Shown: piece by piece, positions 1-11,636 of the stretch | Layout: the number at the start of each line of letters is the position of its first letter | Position numbering within the stretch: the stretch's first letter is position 1 | Program-made: the position numbers and the translations under genes | Assembly: GCF_963921235.1 (NCBI RefSeq) | Contig: NC_086097.1 | Span: 152,584,001 to 152,648,000 of the forward strand | Direction: 5' to 3' | Source: Mobula hypostoma | Lineage: Eukaryota | DNA: 64,000 nucleotides | The notes under the pieces: generated by a model | What the model was told of the DNA's origin: nothing | The model's input: only the letters and a program-made list of their open reading frames with translations | Database searches by the model: none

Positions 1-838
1 ATAGACCAGTTAGTCTGACTTCAGTGGTTGAGAAAATGTTTGAGTTGATTGTTAAAGATGTGGTTTTGGAGTATTTGGAGGTACATGATAACATAGGCCA
101 AAGTCAGCATGGTTTCCTTAAGGGAAAATCTTGCCTGATAAATCTTCTGGAATTCTTTGAGGAAATAACAAGCAAGATAGATGAAGAAGAATAGGTGAAT
201 GTTGTGTACATTCACCTATCCGTGGTGCAAAGGAACTTGGAAGTCTTCGTGCAGGTTTCTCTAAAGGTTAATTTGCAGGTTGAGTCGATGGTGAGGAAGG
301 TGGTAGAATATGATGTTAGTATTCTGTTTGAGAGGACTAGAATATAAATGAAGGATATACTGCTGAGGCTTAAGGCACTGATGAAGTCTCACTTGGAGTA
401 TTCTGAATAGTTTTAGGTCCCTGACTTTAAAAAGAATATGTTGACATCGGAGAGGGTTTAGAGAAGGTTCACAAGAATGATTCCTGGAATGAAAGGATTA
501 TTGTTGACGCTGGGCCTTTATTCACTGGATAGAATAGATGTGGAAATAATGTTTCCGATGGTGGAGGAGTCTAGGTCTGAAGGCATAGCAGGGGAATTTC
601 CATTTAAAATGAAGTTGAGAACCAATTTCTTTGGCAGAAGGTGTGGAATCTGTGGAATTTGTTGCCACAGGCAGCTGCGGAGGTTTTTGATTAGTCAAGG
701 CATGAAAGTTATGGGGAGAAGGCAGGAGAATGGAGCTGAAAGGGAAATGGATTTGCTATGATGAAATGGCAGAACAGACTCAATGGGTCAAATGGCCTAA
801 TCCTACTCCTACGTCTGATAGTTTTATGGTATTATGGT
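1..838 (+). mobile_element. CR1 LINE fragment (RT remnant joined to 3' end), internally deleted
   Basis: Translates as RPVSLTSVVEKM...SQHGFLKGKSCLINLLEFFEEIT (CR1 RT motifs), then a degenerate C-terminus (RRFTRMIPGMKG). Ends in AATGGCCTAATCCTACTCC and a TATGGT-like repeat tail. Confidence 0.9.
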
Positions 839-1354
839 TTCATGCCTGTTGCAGCCACCGAGGATGGAGATGTTGGAGCTGGCTGTATGCCAGTGGATTC
901 CACGCTGGGTTGGAGGCTGACATCTCCCATCGGTGCTACACTGCAGTGTTTGTTCAGAGGGAGACCAATTGTATTGTGGTTGTCTGCTGCTGTACTACAC
1001 CATATAAGGAACTGCTGTGTGTTGTCCTTTGCAGAAACGAGGCCCCAGATCAACATCCATGAACCATCAATCTTCAGGCCGTGACACTCAGGGAAGTTGA
1101 AGATACATTATTATTTTTTACTATCTTTTGTAACTATGTTTTTCTGTTATCATAATGACTCAGTTTCTGGTTTTATTTTACATTGTCTGATTCAAATGAT
1201 GATAAATTTTTGTTGACTTTGTTATTTCTTTTGGATCAGTGGAAATTACTTTGCTGGAAGATAACGTGGTTGAGGTTGAGAGTCCCTTTCAATTTTCTCT
1301 TTTAGTTGATTTCATTTTGGTGTCTGTACCCCTCTTTTCCTACGTTACATCACA

Positions 1355-2733
1355 ACTGCTTCCTGCACCCATGCCGAGCTCATCAACTTCACCAACTTTG
1401 CCTCCAACTTCCACCCTGCCCTCAAATTTACCTGGTCCATTTCCGACACCTCCTTCCCCTTTCTTGATCTCACTGTCTATCTCTGGATGTCTACTGATTT
1501 CTATTATAAACCCACGGACTCACACAGCTACCAGGACTATACCTCTTCCCATCCTGTTGTAAAAATACCACCCCCCTTCTCCCAATTCCTTCAACTCTGC
1601 TACATCTGCTCTCAGGATGAGGCTTTCCATTCTAGAATAAAGGAGATGTTCTCCTTTTTCAAAGAAAGAGGTTTCCCTTCCTCCACCATCAACACTACCC
1701 TCAACCACATCTCTTCCATTTTACGCATGTTTGCCCTCACCCCATCCTCCTGCCACCCTATCAGGGATAGTGTTCCTCTTGTTCTCACCTACCACCCCAC
1801 CAGCCTCTGAGTCCAGCACATAATTCTCCGGAACTTCTGCTACCTCCAACTGGATCCCACCACCAAGCACATCCTTCCCTCCCCTCATTTTCTGTTTTCC
1901 GCAGGGATCTCTCCCTATGCGACTCCCTTGTCCATTCGTCCCTCCCTATTGATCTCCTTCCTGGCACTTATCCTTGCAAGCAGAACAAGGTGCTACACTT
2001 GCCCCTACACCTCCTCACTACCATTCAGGGCCCCAAACAGTCCTTCCAGGTGAGGCGACACTTCACTTGTGAGGCTCTTGAGGTTATATACTGTGTCTGG
2101 TGCTCCCGGTGTGGCCTCCTGTATATCAGTGAGACCTAACATAGATTGAAAGACTGCTTCCCCGAGCACCTATGCTCTGTCTGGCAGAAGAAGCAGGATC
2201 TGCCAGTGGCCACACATTTTGATTCCACTTCCCATTCCTATTCCGATATGTAAATCCACAATCGTCCTCTACTGTCGTGATGAGGCCACATTCAGGCTGG
2301 TGGAACATCACCTCCCGGGTAGCCTCCAACCTGATGGCATGAACATCAATTTCTCAAACTTCTAGTAATGCCTTCCTTCACCATTCCCCATCCCCATCCC
2401 CATCCCCTTTTCCCTCTCTCACCATATCTCCTTGCCTACCCATTACTTCCTTCTAGTGTTTCTCCTCCTTTTTCTTTCTTCCATGGCCTTCTGTTCTCTC
2501 CTATTGGACTCCCCCTTGTCCAGCCCTGTATCTCTTTCACCAATCAACCTCCCAGCCCTTCCCGGTTTCACATATCACCTTGTGCTTCTCTCTGTCCTCC
2601 CTCAACTTTTATATCTACTCCTCACCATTTTTTCTCTGGTCCTGCCGAAGGATCTCGGCCCGCAACATCGACTGTACTTTTTTCTATAGATGCTGCCTGG
2701 CTTGCTGAGTTCCTCCAGCATTTTGTGTGTGTT
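1355..2733 (+). mobile_element. Penelope-like element (Neptune-type), 5'-truncated: RT C-terminus, GIY-YIG remnant, pyrimidine-rich 3' region and tail
   Basis: NFHPALKFTWSISDT..PFLD and STDFYYKPTDSHSY.DYTSSHP (ORF 1487-1810), Cys linker, and a VIYCVWCSRCGLLYISET endonuclease remnant. Degenerate hammerhead at 2637-2674. Confidence 0.9.
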
Positions 2734-3437
2734 AAATGTAATCATATTGGTTTGCCTACGTTTGCTTTGTGCTCCTCACAAAGGGCAATTATTCAGTCAT
2801 TTGCAACCTTCCTGCTTCCTTCGGCAGTTTGGATGCTGCTTAATCTTACATTGCCTTCCACCACTCTATTCAAAACAGACTGTGATAATTTAATAGATTA
2901 GGTGCAAAATGAATTAAACATTCTGAAATAGCACTGATGAGGCAAGGCCAGCCATCTCTCAAGTAGAATTGCTATGGAATCAACTATTATTGAATGAAAA
3001 TCAGATTTACAGAACAGGAATTGTAAATTGTAAACAGGAAACAAAGAATCAAGCAGAGATTTCATTCCATTTCTTGGAACTGATCCCTGAGTACCAATGA
3101 TCATAGAATTATATGCATAGCAAGACAACATCATATCCACAGCAGCCTTTCAATTAATCCAATCACACTGTGCTTTCTCCACCACAAAAAAAATCCTCGA
3201 CTATGTGTCCAAATTGCTCTTAAATGTAACAACTGCTTCACCATTAGTTTAGCCAGCACAGGTTAGATCGCAACAATCTGCTGTACAAACAAAATATCTT
3301 CTATTGAGCCAGTAATTGATATATCCAGAAGGAAAGGAAAGGTACGTCGCATCCGGAGTTTCTCCGGTTAGCAGAAGATTTCCCTCCATGCCTCTCTAAC
3401 ATAGTGGGGAACTGCGTACGAGGCAAGTTACAGCAGT

Positions 3438-3826
3438 GCACATCAAAGTTGCTGGTGAACGTAACAGGCCAGGCAGCATCTCTAGGAAGAGGTACAGTCG
3501 ACGTTTCAGGCCGAGACCCTTCGTCAGGACTAACTGAAGAAAGAGCTAGTAAGAGATTTAAAAGTGGGAGGGAGAGGGGGAGATCCAAAATGATAGGAGA
3601 AGACAGGAGGGGGAGGGATGGAGCCAAGAGCTGGACAGGTGATTGGCAAAAGGGGTATGAGAGGATCATGGGACAGGAGGCCCAGGGAGAAGGAAAAGGG
3701 GGAGGAGGGGAAAAGCCCAGAGGATGGGCAAGGGGTATAGTCAGAGGGAGAAAAAGGAGAGTGAGAGAAAGAATGTGTGTATATAAATAATGGTTGGGGT
3801 ACGAGGGGGAGGTGGGGCATTAGCAA
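3438..3826 (-). mobile_element. Penelope 3' tail insertion with 13-bp TSD
   Basis: AAGTTACAGCAGT at 3425-3437 and 3827-3839. Sequence is homologous to 2360-2733. Confidence 0.9.
3496..3531 (-). ncRNA. Minimal type I hammerhead ribozyme motif (intact core)
   Basis: AGTC-CTGACGA-AGG GTCTCGG CCT-GAA-ACGT-C-GACT: stem I AGTC/GACT, stem II AGG/CCT, palindromic stem III ACGT, predicted cleavage after GUC. Confidence 0.85.
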
Positions 3827-4659
3827 AAGTTACAGCAGTTACAGCAGTAGTTTGCCATTGCCTTCTGCCGGGTGAGTTTCCAAAGAGATCACCAGCTCGT
3901 AACCCAGCACAGATGGAAAGCGTGCAGGGGAGCTGGCTGGATTCGAACTCGGGACCTTTCGTCTGAAGTCCGGCACTGATGCCACTACGCCACCAGCCGG
4001 GTCCAGTATGCTGGACTAAATCAAAGTTTAACTTTGTTTTATCTTTGTTTTGATTTCCAGGTGAGTTTAAATCTCAGAACTCCAAAGCCTATTTTCATTA
4101 CTAGTAATTTCTCACCATTTAATTTGCTGCAGTTCTTGGTAAATACCTCTCTATGACCTTAGATCCAGATATTCCCACCATCCTGTCACATCATCTGATA
4201 TATTTGCATATGTTCCTTGTCTCTGTTGCAAAACTTTTCTTCTAGATTCCCTTTTCCGTATGCTCTATTTACACAGCCATTACTTCTATGAAGTATAAAA
4301 TGCTGGAGATGTACAGTGATGGACATTTCATTGCTATTGAACAGAGGGCTTTGTGCTGAGTATTGCTGCAGTTTCTCTACACCATTCAGGTTATGTAATA
4401 ATTCTTCCAACACACTCCACCTTGAGGAGTGAAGGAAGAGTTGAGATTACAAAGCACCCACTTCAAGCTTTTTCCCCCACAGTATTTCTATGGCTGCTAG
4501 AATTAAATTGTTGGTCACTGATGACCAAGAATGACAACGATTTGATATGCAATGACAATGAAATTATTGAATGTCCAAGAGCGCTGCTAAATAGGTGGAA
4601 ACCTTTATACTTACAATATTCATAATGTATCTCTCGGCAGCAAACTAACTGAAGTATAG

Positions 4660-4808
4660 TCACAAAGAAGAGGAAATCTGCAGATACTGGAAATCCAAGC
4701 AACACACACAAAACGCTGGAGGAACTCAACGGGCTGGGCAGCAAATATGGAAAAGAGTACAGTCGATGTTTTGGGCCGAGACCCTTCGTCAGGACATGTT
4801 GTGTGTGG
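4660..4808 (-). mobile_element. Short Penelope tail insert with mutated hammerhead; 14-bp TSD
   Basis: TAACTGAAGTAYAG at 4646-4659 and 4809-4822. Core CTGACGA is kept but GAAA has become AAAA (4761-4795). Confidence 0.85.
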
Positions 4809-5371
4809 TAACTGAAGTACAGGCTTCTCCAACAGTAGCTTAGCATAAAAATAAGAATTATACTCATTTTAATTGGCATTGCTCTAGAAGGAGTTACTTA
4901 CTGTAAATATGCCTGAAAGAATAGCCTAATGACAGAGCTTCAACCATCTATGTAAACCCAGGCTTTCGCTAAGCCTTTTCTATTATGCCCATTTCTCGCA
5001 GAACATTGTTTGCATATTCAACACTTGAATGAGCTATAATAAACACATTTATGGATAGAGATGACTAGCAAATAATAGAAAAGATTTAAATCCTCTTTGG
5101 GAATTTCTGACTAACAACTGGTCAGTGGAGAAGGAGGTTTTGGCATGCCTGTCACGTTGATCACCCTCTGCCCATCAGTGGCAGTCTTCAGTTCCTATAC
5201 AATACTGGCCTTCTGAGAACTGGAGCAGAAGTGTCCTGAATAACTACTAAAGAAGATTGAGAGCTGTTCACTACAGTATCAGAAATACACAAAAGGAAGG
5301 AATTTTCAGTAGATCAGCTTTAAGAAAGATTTCATAAAATCATATAGAGTTATATACCACCAGGACCTGGA

Positions 5372-6550
5372 CACTGGATAACAAATTTCTGGAAGTGTTG
5401 CTTCCTCAGATTTTTTTTTGCTTCAGATAGACCACTTGAAGCTGAACATAAGTATAATTTCAGACTACCTGTATCACGTAGGAATTTGGAGAAACAGGAA
5501 ATTAACTTTTATTGAATATAATGCACTTAATTGCATAATGGTGCTGATGCTTTGCAAGAGTTCAACTAAACTAAAACTATTTTGTTACTGATTTTCTTTG
5601 TACTCAGTGTCTGAGGCTTCTTGCTTAAGTGTCCAACAATAATCGGCCAGCATTGATGGATTCTGGTTGCCCTGATACTGTTTCTCCATGACTGCAATGT
5701 CCAGGTGAAACTCTTCACCATGTTTGGAATTGACAGTGCCAAGATTTCCAGAGAATAAGTCTAAATGGGAGTTCAGAAAACAAATCATTAGTGACATGTT
5801 GTACTTCATGGTTTTGTATACATGGAGCATGTTATCAAACAGCTGCACTTAGTTTGGTGGTTTGGAGTTGCCAAGAAAATTTTCAACATCTCTGAATGCC
5901 TTCCATGCAATTTCTTCTGATCCCACTAAAAGTTCTTCAAATTGCCTATCATTGATGACCTGTTTGACTTATGGCCCAACAAAAATGTCTTCCTTAATCT
6001 TGGCCTAAGTTATTCTGGGAAACATTTGTATCAGGTATCAAAATCCTTCACAGAAATTGTTGCGCCTAGTGACTGCAGATTCCATCCTTGCAGTCTTGAA
6101 CTCAGTAATTCTGCTTTTACCTTTGACAAACCCAAGTCTCTGACCAGGTCATTTAACTCAGATTGAGTTTTCAGATGAGACTCACTCGACATAAAAGGTT
6201 TAAAACCTGCATCAGTATCAGAGCTGTTTTCCATTCCTGGCTCGTGCATCATGGTATCTCCGTCTGCCTCCTTGAGACTCCACATCCTGGTTTTCTAAAA
6301 CCTGTTCTGCCATGCAGCATCTGTCCTGCCTAAGCATGCCCAGGCATGCCTGAACAAGATAGACTTAGTTTCTGCTTACACTTTGAGTAACATTTTCATT
6401 GACTTGAATTTTGAATTGAAATAACAAATATAGGTGATTTTCTAAAAGTGGTGTGTGATAGGGAAATTTTATGGTGATTTTTATGATTAGCAGACCAAAA
6501 TCCACAAGGTACATCCAAAAATATTCAGGAAGCAAAATTATTGTCCAATG
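5372..6550 (-). mobile_element. Chapaev3-like (CMC) DNA transposon, internally deleted
   Basis: Imperfect TIRs CACTGGATAACAA / TTATTGTCCAATG. Transposase remnants TQSELNDLVRDLGLSKVKAELLSSRLQGWNL and MSL.I.FLNSHLDLFSGNLG.V..HGE.FH.DI..ME..YQG....MLADYCW. Confidence 0.75.
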
Positions 6551-6695
6551 TAACTAGTCCATTTCAATCAAGCTCCCCCGTGAGCTAGTACCATTTGTCA
6601 GTGTTTGGCCCTCAATTCTCTGAACCTTTCCTACCCATGTACCTCTCTAAATTCCTTTTAATTGTTGCTATTGTTCCTGACTCTATCACTTACTT
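6551..6695 (-). mobile_element. Old CR1 3'-end fragment; its tail continues left of the Chapaev3 insertion (~5335-5371)
   Basis: CR1-type 3' sequence (ACCATTTG...TTTGGCCC...CCTTTCCTACCCATGTACC). Confidence 0.5.
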
Positions 6696-6789
6696 AACAT
6701 CTATGTGTTTGCTTGTAGAAATGAGTTCAACTATTCAACACAATACTGAATGTTGTGAAGGACTCTTTTCTCCCTTTGTTTACATTTGA

Positions 6790-7062
6790 CATCACATCCC
6801 CCTTTTCCTTCCATACGTTGTTCCATTTGCCGGCCATATCCACCATCCCCCATTCATCCCACCATTTGTCTGGTTTCATCTATCAACTACCAGCCTCTGT
6901 CTCACCCATCTCTTGTGATACAACATCCTCCTCAGTCCTGATGCAGGATCTTGACTTGAAGTATTGACACATGCATTTTGCATCCACAGATGATGCTTGA
7001 CTTATTGTGTTCTCCCACATCCTGTTTTTATTTTGTTCTGGATGCTGGAGTTCCTTTTTTTT
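6790..7062 (+). mobile_element. Old Penelope 3' tail with degenerate hammerhead
   Basis: CAGTCCTGATGCAGGATCTTGACTTGAAGTATTGAC followed by a ...CACAGATGATGCTTGAC tail. Confidence 0.65.
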
Positions 7063-7310
7063 CGACATATGTATTATATGCTTCTTTTGTACAAACCAGG
7101 AATATCATTAGAATCAGGAAGTCAGGGCTTTGCACCACTGACCGATTTGGTATTGAGTCACCATCAGAAAATGCTTCATACCGACATCAATTTTGAACCT
7201 TCACTTCATAATCATGCAAGAAAATGCCATATAGATTTTTCCACAATTATTTCCTCTTCAACCTGTTAGCAACAGCAGCAGTTGGGGAGAGACAATATAT
7301 TGGAACATAG

Positions 7311-7464
7311 ACAACAGGAATTCTGCAGATGCTGGAAATTCAAGCAACACACATAAAAGTTGCTGGTGAACGCAGCAGGTCCTGACGAAGGGTCTCGGCC
7401 TGAAACGTCGACTGCACCTCTTCCTAGAGATGCTGCCTGGCCTGCTGCGTTCACCAGCAACTTG
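7311..7464. mobile_element. 154-bp fold-back Penelope tail insert with perfect 15-bp TSD
   Basis: TATATTGGAACATAG at 7296-7310 and 7465-7479. Inverted arms 7357-7379 / 7441-7463. Confidence 0.92.
7374..7416 (+). ncRNA. Minimal type I hammerhead ribozyme motif (intact core)
   Basis: GTC-CTGACGA-AGG GTCTCGG CCT-GAA-ACGT-C-GAC; stem I can be extended with GCA/TGC. Confidence 0.85.
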
Positions 7465-8724
7465 TATATTGGAACATAGTCTTAGTTTGTTCATCCTCAG
7501 AATTAAGTTGATACATTGAGAAAAGGTCAAATGAAAGACAGGAGCTACACTGAATCATTTCTCTGTGTAGATTTCATATTGGCATAGCAGAACATGCTGA
7601 CAGTTTCAATTCCAGTGTATGTTTCCCTTTCATCCATTTGCTTCAGAAAATTTCAGCAGCAAATATGAACTACTCTTCTCTGCTATCAATTAACAGGAGA
7701 CTTACATTAATGAATCCAGATGGTCTCTGCACTCATTATCAAAATAATTCCAGGCAGTGGATCAAATTACTTTTGTTCATAGTAATTCAGTCACAGACTC
7801 CTTTCCTATCTAAAGTTTCAAATTAACTCTGATTTGCCATTTTTGCTTGTTCCTTTTATAGAGGAAGAAAATATGGAAGGACTGAAAATGTCCTGAAGTT
7901 TACGGATATTCATCATTCAACGTTATGTTCCAGTTTCTTCGCTGTTGTAATTTGTGGGGTCATTGGGATTGAACCTTAACATTGATCAACAAGTTCAAAG
8001 TTCAAAGCAAATTTATACAGAATGTATCCATATACTAACTTGCAATTCAATTTCTTGCAGGCATTTAAAGGAAAAATAAAATACAATAAATTTACAAAAA
8101 AAAACCATAAAGACTGACAAACAGCCAATGTGCTAACAAAGACAAACTCCAAATAAAAGAAATTAGTACTAAGAACATAAGTTGTGAAGAGTCCTTGAAA
8201 GTGAGACTTTCAGTCATAGAATCAATTCAGAGTTCTGGTGAGAGAAGTTATCCATGTCAGTTCAGGAGCCTGATGTTGTAGGGTAATAGCTACCTCCTGC
8301 CCAATATTCATAGTGAGAAGAAAGTATGGCCTGGATCTTTGATGGTGGATGCTGCCTTCTTGTGGTAGTGCTTCACATAAATGTATTTAATAGAGGGGGA
8401 AAGCTTTGCCTATGATCGATTAGACTGTTTCTTGCACTCTCAGTAGTTTTCTATCCCAGGGCATTAGTGTTTCCATACCAGGGCGAGATGCATCCAGTTA
8501 GGATACTCTCCACTCCGCATCTATAGAAGTTTGTCTAAGTTTTTGGTGACATGCCAGATCTATGCAAATTTTGAAAATGTAGAGGTGCTGTGGTACCTTC
8601 TTTGTGATGGGACTTCATTACAGGTCCCAGGGCAAATCCTCTGATATGATAACGCCAAGGAATTTAAAGCCACTGACCCTCTCCACTTCCGATCCCCTAA
8701 AGAAGACTGGCTCAAGGACATCCC

Positions 8725-9118
8725 ACAAGGCCCTATTGGGCATTGTTAATGTAGGATGTTGTAAGTCCAATTCAATGATTTATTGGCGATGGCAGGAGAG
8801 CTCAATGGCCTTGGTCATATCGAAGACTAGGTCTCCAGCATTAGAGTAGGTATACTCCACTGGAGTGCCAGCTGTGGTGCAGCATCTAAGCTGGAGTCAG
8901 TGCTGCCCCCTGGGGTTCACTCGGCAGAAAACAGGCATATTATATTCTTGGACTCTATCTTTTGTGTGATGTGCTTGGGTGCCTTATATGTGCTACATGT
9001 CTCTTGTGCAGTGTATGACTGTTGGCACTGTGTTTTGCACCTTGGCCAAGCAGTAACGCTGTTTCATTTGCCTGTATTCGTGTGTGGTTGAATGACAATT
9101 AAACTAGAACTTGAACTA
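8725..9118 (+). mobile_element. Non-autonomous element with Rex1-like 3' tail
   Basis: Ends GAATGACAATTAAACTAGAACTTGAACT and interrupts the minus-strand Rex1 copy. Confidence 0.5.
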
Positions 9119-9822
9119 TCTGCCTCCAGTCCCTTAAAGGAGATTGACTCCTGGACAGCCAAATTCTTCCTCCTGAAGTCAGTCATCAGCTCTTCGGTTT
9201 TGTTGATGCTGAGTGAGAGGGAGTTGTTGTGAGATCACTCAACCAGATTATCATTTTCCTTCTTTCCCCCTTGTATGTTGATTCATCACCACCTTTGATT
9301 TGGACAACAATTGTGCTGTCATCAGCAATCTTAAATATAGCATTGTAGCTGTACTTGGAAATATCTGACTAACATATGCTCAGAGGAGAAAGAGGTTTTG
9401 GCATGCACAAATACCACATTATTATTGGTATAAAGTAAGTAAAGCAGGGCACTAAGCACACAGCCTTTTGGTGCACTTTAATGATGGTGAGTGTAGAGGA
9501 GATGTTGTCAGTTTGTACTAACTGGGGTCTGCCAATGATCCAGTTACACAGAGAGATATTGAGGCCCAGGTCTTGGAGCTTAATTATGAGTTTTGAGGGG
9601 ATGATATTATTTTAAATGAGCTGTAGTCAATGCAGAGCACTTTGCCATAATCATCTTCCTTGGCCAGGTGTTCCAGAAGTGAGCATAGAGCCAATGAAAT
9701 GACATTTGCTTTTAACCTGTTGTGCTGGAAGACAAATTGGAGCAGATCCAGGTCACTCCACAGGCAGGACTCACAACACGCTGGAGGAACTTAGCAGGTC
9801 GGGCAGCATCCGTGGAAAAGAT

Positions 9823-9862
9823 CAGTCGACGTTTCGGGCCGGTGAACCCTTCGTCAGGACTG
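9823..9862 (-). ncRNA. Minimal type I hammerhead ribozyme motif (intact core)
   Basis: CAGTC-CTGACGA-A-GGG TTCACCGG CCC-GAA-ACGT-C-GACTG; 5-bp stem I. Confidence 0.85.
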
Positions 9863-10126
9863 TAGAGGGAAGGGGCAGAGGCCCTATAAAGAAAGTGGGG
9901 GGAGGGTGGGAAGGAGAAGGCTGGTAGGTTCCAGGTGAAAAACCAGTAAGGGGAAAGATAAAGGGGTGGCGGAGGGGAAGCAGGGAGGTGATAGGCAGGA
10001 AAGGTGAAGAAGGAATAAGGGAAAACACAATGGGTAGTAGAAGGAGGCGGAACCATGATGTAGATGATAGGCAGCTGGGGGAGGGGGCAGAGTGACATAG
10101 GGATAGAGGAAGGGAGGGGGAGGGAA

Positions 10127-10831
10127 TTACCGGAATTTGGAGAATTCTATGTTCATACCAAGGGGCTGGAGACTACCTAGATGGTATATGAGGTGTTGCT
10201 CCTCCAACCTGAGTTTAGCCTCATCATGGCAGTAGAGGAGGCCATGTATGGACATATCTGAATGGGAGTGGGAAGCAGAGTTGAAGTGGGTGGCTACTGG
10301 GAGATCCTGTCTGTTTTGGCGGATGGAGTGGAGGTGCTCGACAAAGCGGTCCCCCAATCTGCGTCGGGTTTCACCGATGTAGAGGAGGCCACACCGGGAA
10401 CACCGGATGCAATAGATGACCCCAACAGACTCACAAGTGAGGTGTTGCCTCATCTGGAAGGACTGTTTGGGGCCCTGAATGGTGGCAAGAGAGGAGGTGT
10501 AGGGACGGGTGTAGCACTTGCGCTTACAAGGATAAGTGCCGGGTGGGAGATCAGTGGGGAGGGACGTGTGGACCAGGGAGTCGCGGAGGGACTGATCCCT
10601 GCGGAAAGTGGAGAGGTATGGAGAGGGAAAGATGTACTTAGTGGTGGGGTCCTGTTGAAGGTGGCGGAAGTTGCGGAGGATAACGTGCTGGATCCGGAGG
10701 CTGGTGGGGTGGTAGGTGAGGACAAGGGGAACTCTGTCCCTGTTGCAGTGGCGGGAGGATGGGGTGAGGGCTGAAGTGCGGGAAATGGAGGAGGTGCAGG
10801 TGAGGGCATCATTGATGGGAAGGGAAACCAT
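10127..10831 (-). CDS. Penelope ORF C-terminal fragment: linker plus GIY-YIG endonuclease
   Basis: RVPLVLTYHP...PGTYPCKRKCYT...GVIYCIRCSRCGLLYIGETRRRLGDRFVEH...VATHFN...RLEEQHLIY.LGSLQPLGMN. Open but 5'-truncated. Confidence 0.85.
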   Translation of the reverse strand: MVSLPINDALTCTSSISRTSALTPSSRHCNRDRVPLVLTYHPTSLRIQHVILRNFRHLQQDPTTKYIFPSPYLSTFRRDQSLRDSLVHTSLPTDLPPGTYPCKRKCYTRPYTSSLATIQGPKQSFQMRQHLTCESVGVIYCIRCSRCGLLYIGETRRRLGDRFVEHLHSIRQNRQDLPVATHFNSASHSHSDMSIHGLLYCHDEAKLRLEEQHLIYHLGSLQPLGMNIEFSKFR

Positions 10832-10928
10832 GATCCTTAAAGAAAGAGGACACTTGAGATGTCCTGGAACAGAAAAACCTCATCCTCGGAGCAGATGCGG
10901 CAGAGACGGAGGAACTGGGAATAGGGAA

Positions 10929-11336
10929 TGTCCCTGTAAGCGCAAGTGCTACACCTGTCCCTACACCTCCTCTCTTGCCACCATTCAGGGCCCCAAGCAG
11001 TCCTTCCAAGTGAGGCAACACCTCACTTGTGAGTCTGTTGGGGTCATCTATTGCATCCGGTGCTCCCAGTGTGGCCTCCTCTACATCGGTGAAACCCGAC
11101 GCAGATTGGGGGACCGCTTCGTCGAGCACCTCTGCTCCATCCGCCACAGCAGACAGGATCTCCCAGTAGCCACCCACTTCAACTCTGCTTCCCACTCCCA
11201 TTCAGATATGTCCATACATGCCCTCCTCTACTGTCATTATGAGGCTAAACTCAGGCTGGAGGAGCAACACCTCATATACCGTCTAGGTAGTCTCCAGCCC
11301 CTTGGTATGAACATAGAATTCTCCAGATTCCGGTAA
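10929..11336 (+). CDS. Penelope GIY-YIG endonuclease fragment (second, inverted arm)
   Basis: CPCKRKCYTC...VIYCIRCSQCGLLYIGET...HF. The N-terminal part of listed ORF 10716-11336 is only antisense read-through of the other arm. Confidence 0.85.
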   Translation, partial: CPCKRKCYTCPYTSSLATIQGPKQSFQVRQHLTCESVGVIYCIRCSQCGLLYIGETRRRLGDRFVEHLCSIRHSRQDLPVATHFNSASHSHSDMSIHALLYCHYEAKLRLEEQHLIYRLGSLQPLGMNIEFSRFR

Positions 11337-11600
11337 TTCCCTCCCCCTCCCTTCCTCTATCCCTATGTCACTCTGCCCCCTCCCCCAGCTGCCTATCACC
11401 TCCCTCATGGTTCCGCCTCCTTCTACTACCCATTGTGTTTTCCCCTATTCCTTCTTCACCTTTCCTGCCTATCACCTCCCTGCTTCCCCTCTCCCACCCC
11501 TTTATCTTTCCCCTTACTGGTTTTTCACCTGGAACCTACCAGGCTTCTCCTTCCTGCCCTCCCCCCATCTTCTTTATAGGGCCTCTATCCCTTCCCTCTT

Positions 11601-11636
11601 CAGTCCTGACGAAGGGTTCCGGCCCGAAACGTCGAG
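11601..11636 (+). ncRNA. Hammerhead ribozyme motif, intact core with weakened stem I
   Basis: CAGTC-CTGACGA-A-GGG TTCCGG CCC-GAA-ACGT-C-GAG; only TC/GA pair in stem I. Confidence 0.7.

Larger units (their letters stand above)
3326..4000 (-). mobile_element. tRNA-derived SINE with RTE-type body, split by a Penelope insertion
   Basis: Minus-strand head has A box TGGCGTAGTGG and B box GAGTTCGAATCC, then the GCAGAAGGCAATGGCAAAC motif typical of RTE/BovB-associated SINEs. (CTTTC)n tail at 3326-3345. Confidence 0.8.

Noticed and set aside
3930..4000. tRNA gene
   Set aside because: A and B boxes are present but continue into a SINE body and tail, and there is no convincing full cloverleaf.
4186..4650. 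Minus-strand ORF and a micro-exon-like segment ending in GTAAGT
   Set aside because: The acceptor pyrimidine tract is supplied by the adjacent Penelope insert, and the peptides are unrecognised.
10262..11201. Long ORFs 10262-10774(+), 10450-10812(-) and 10809-11201(-)
   Set aside because: These are antisense or alternate-frame shadows of the Penelope GIY-YIG ORFs.
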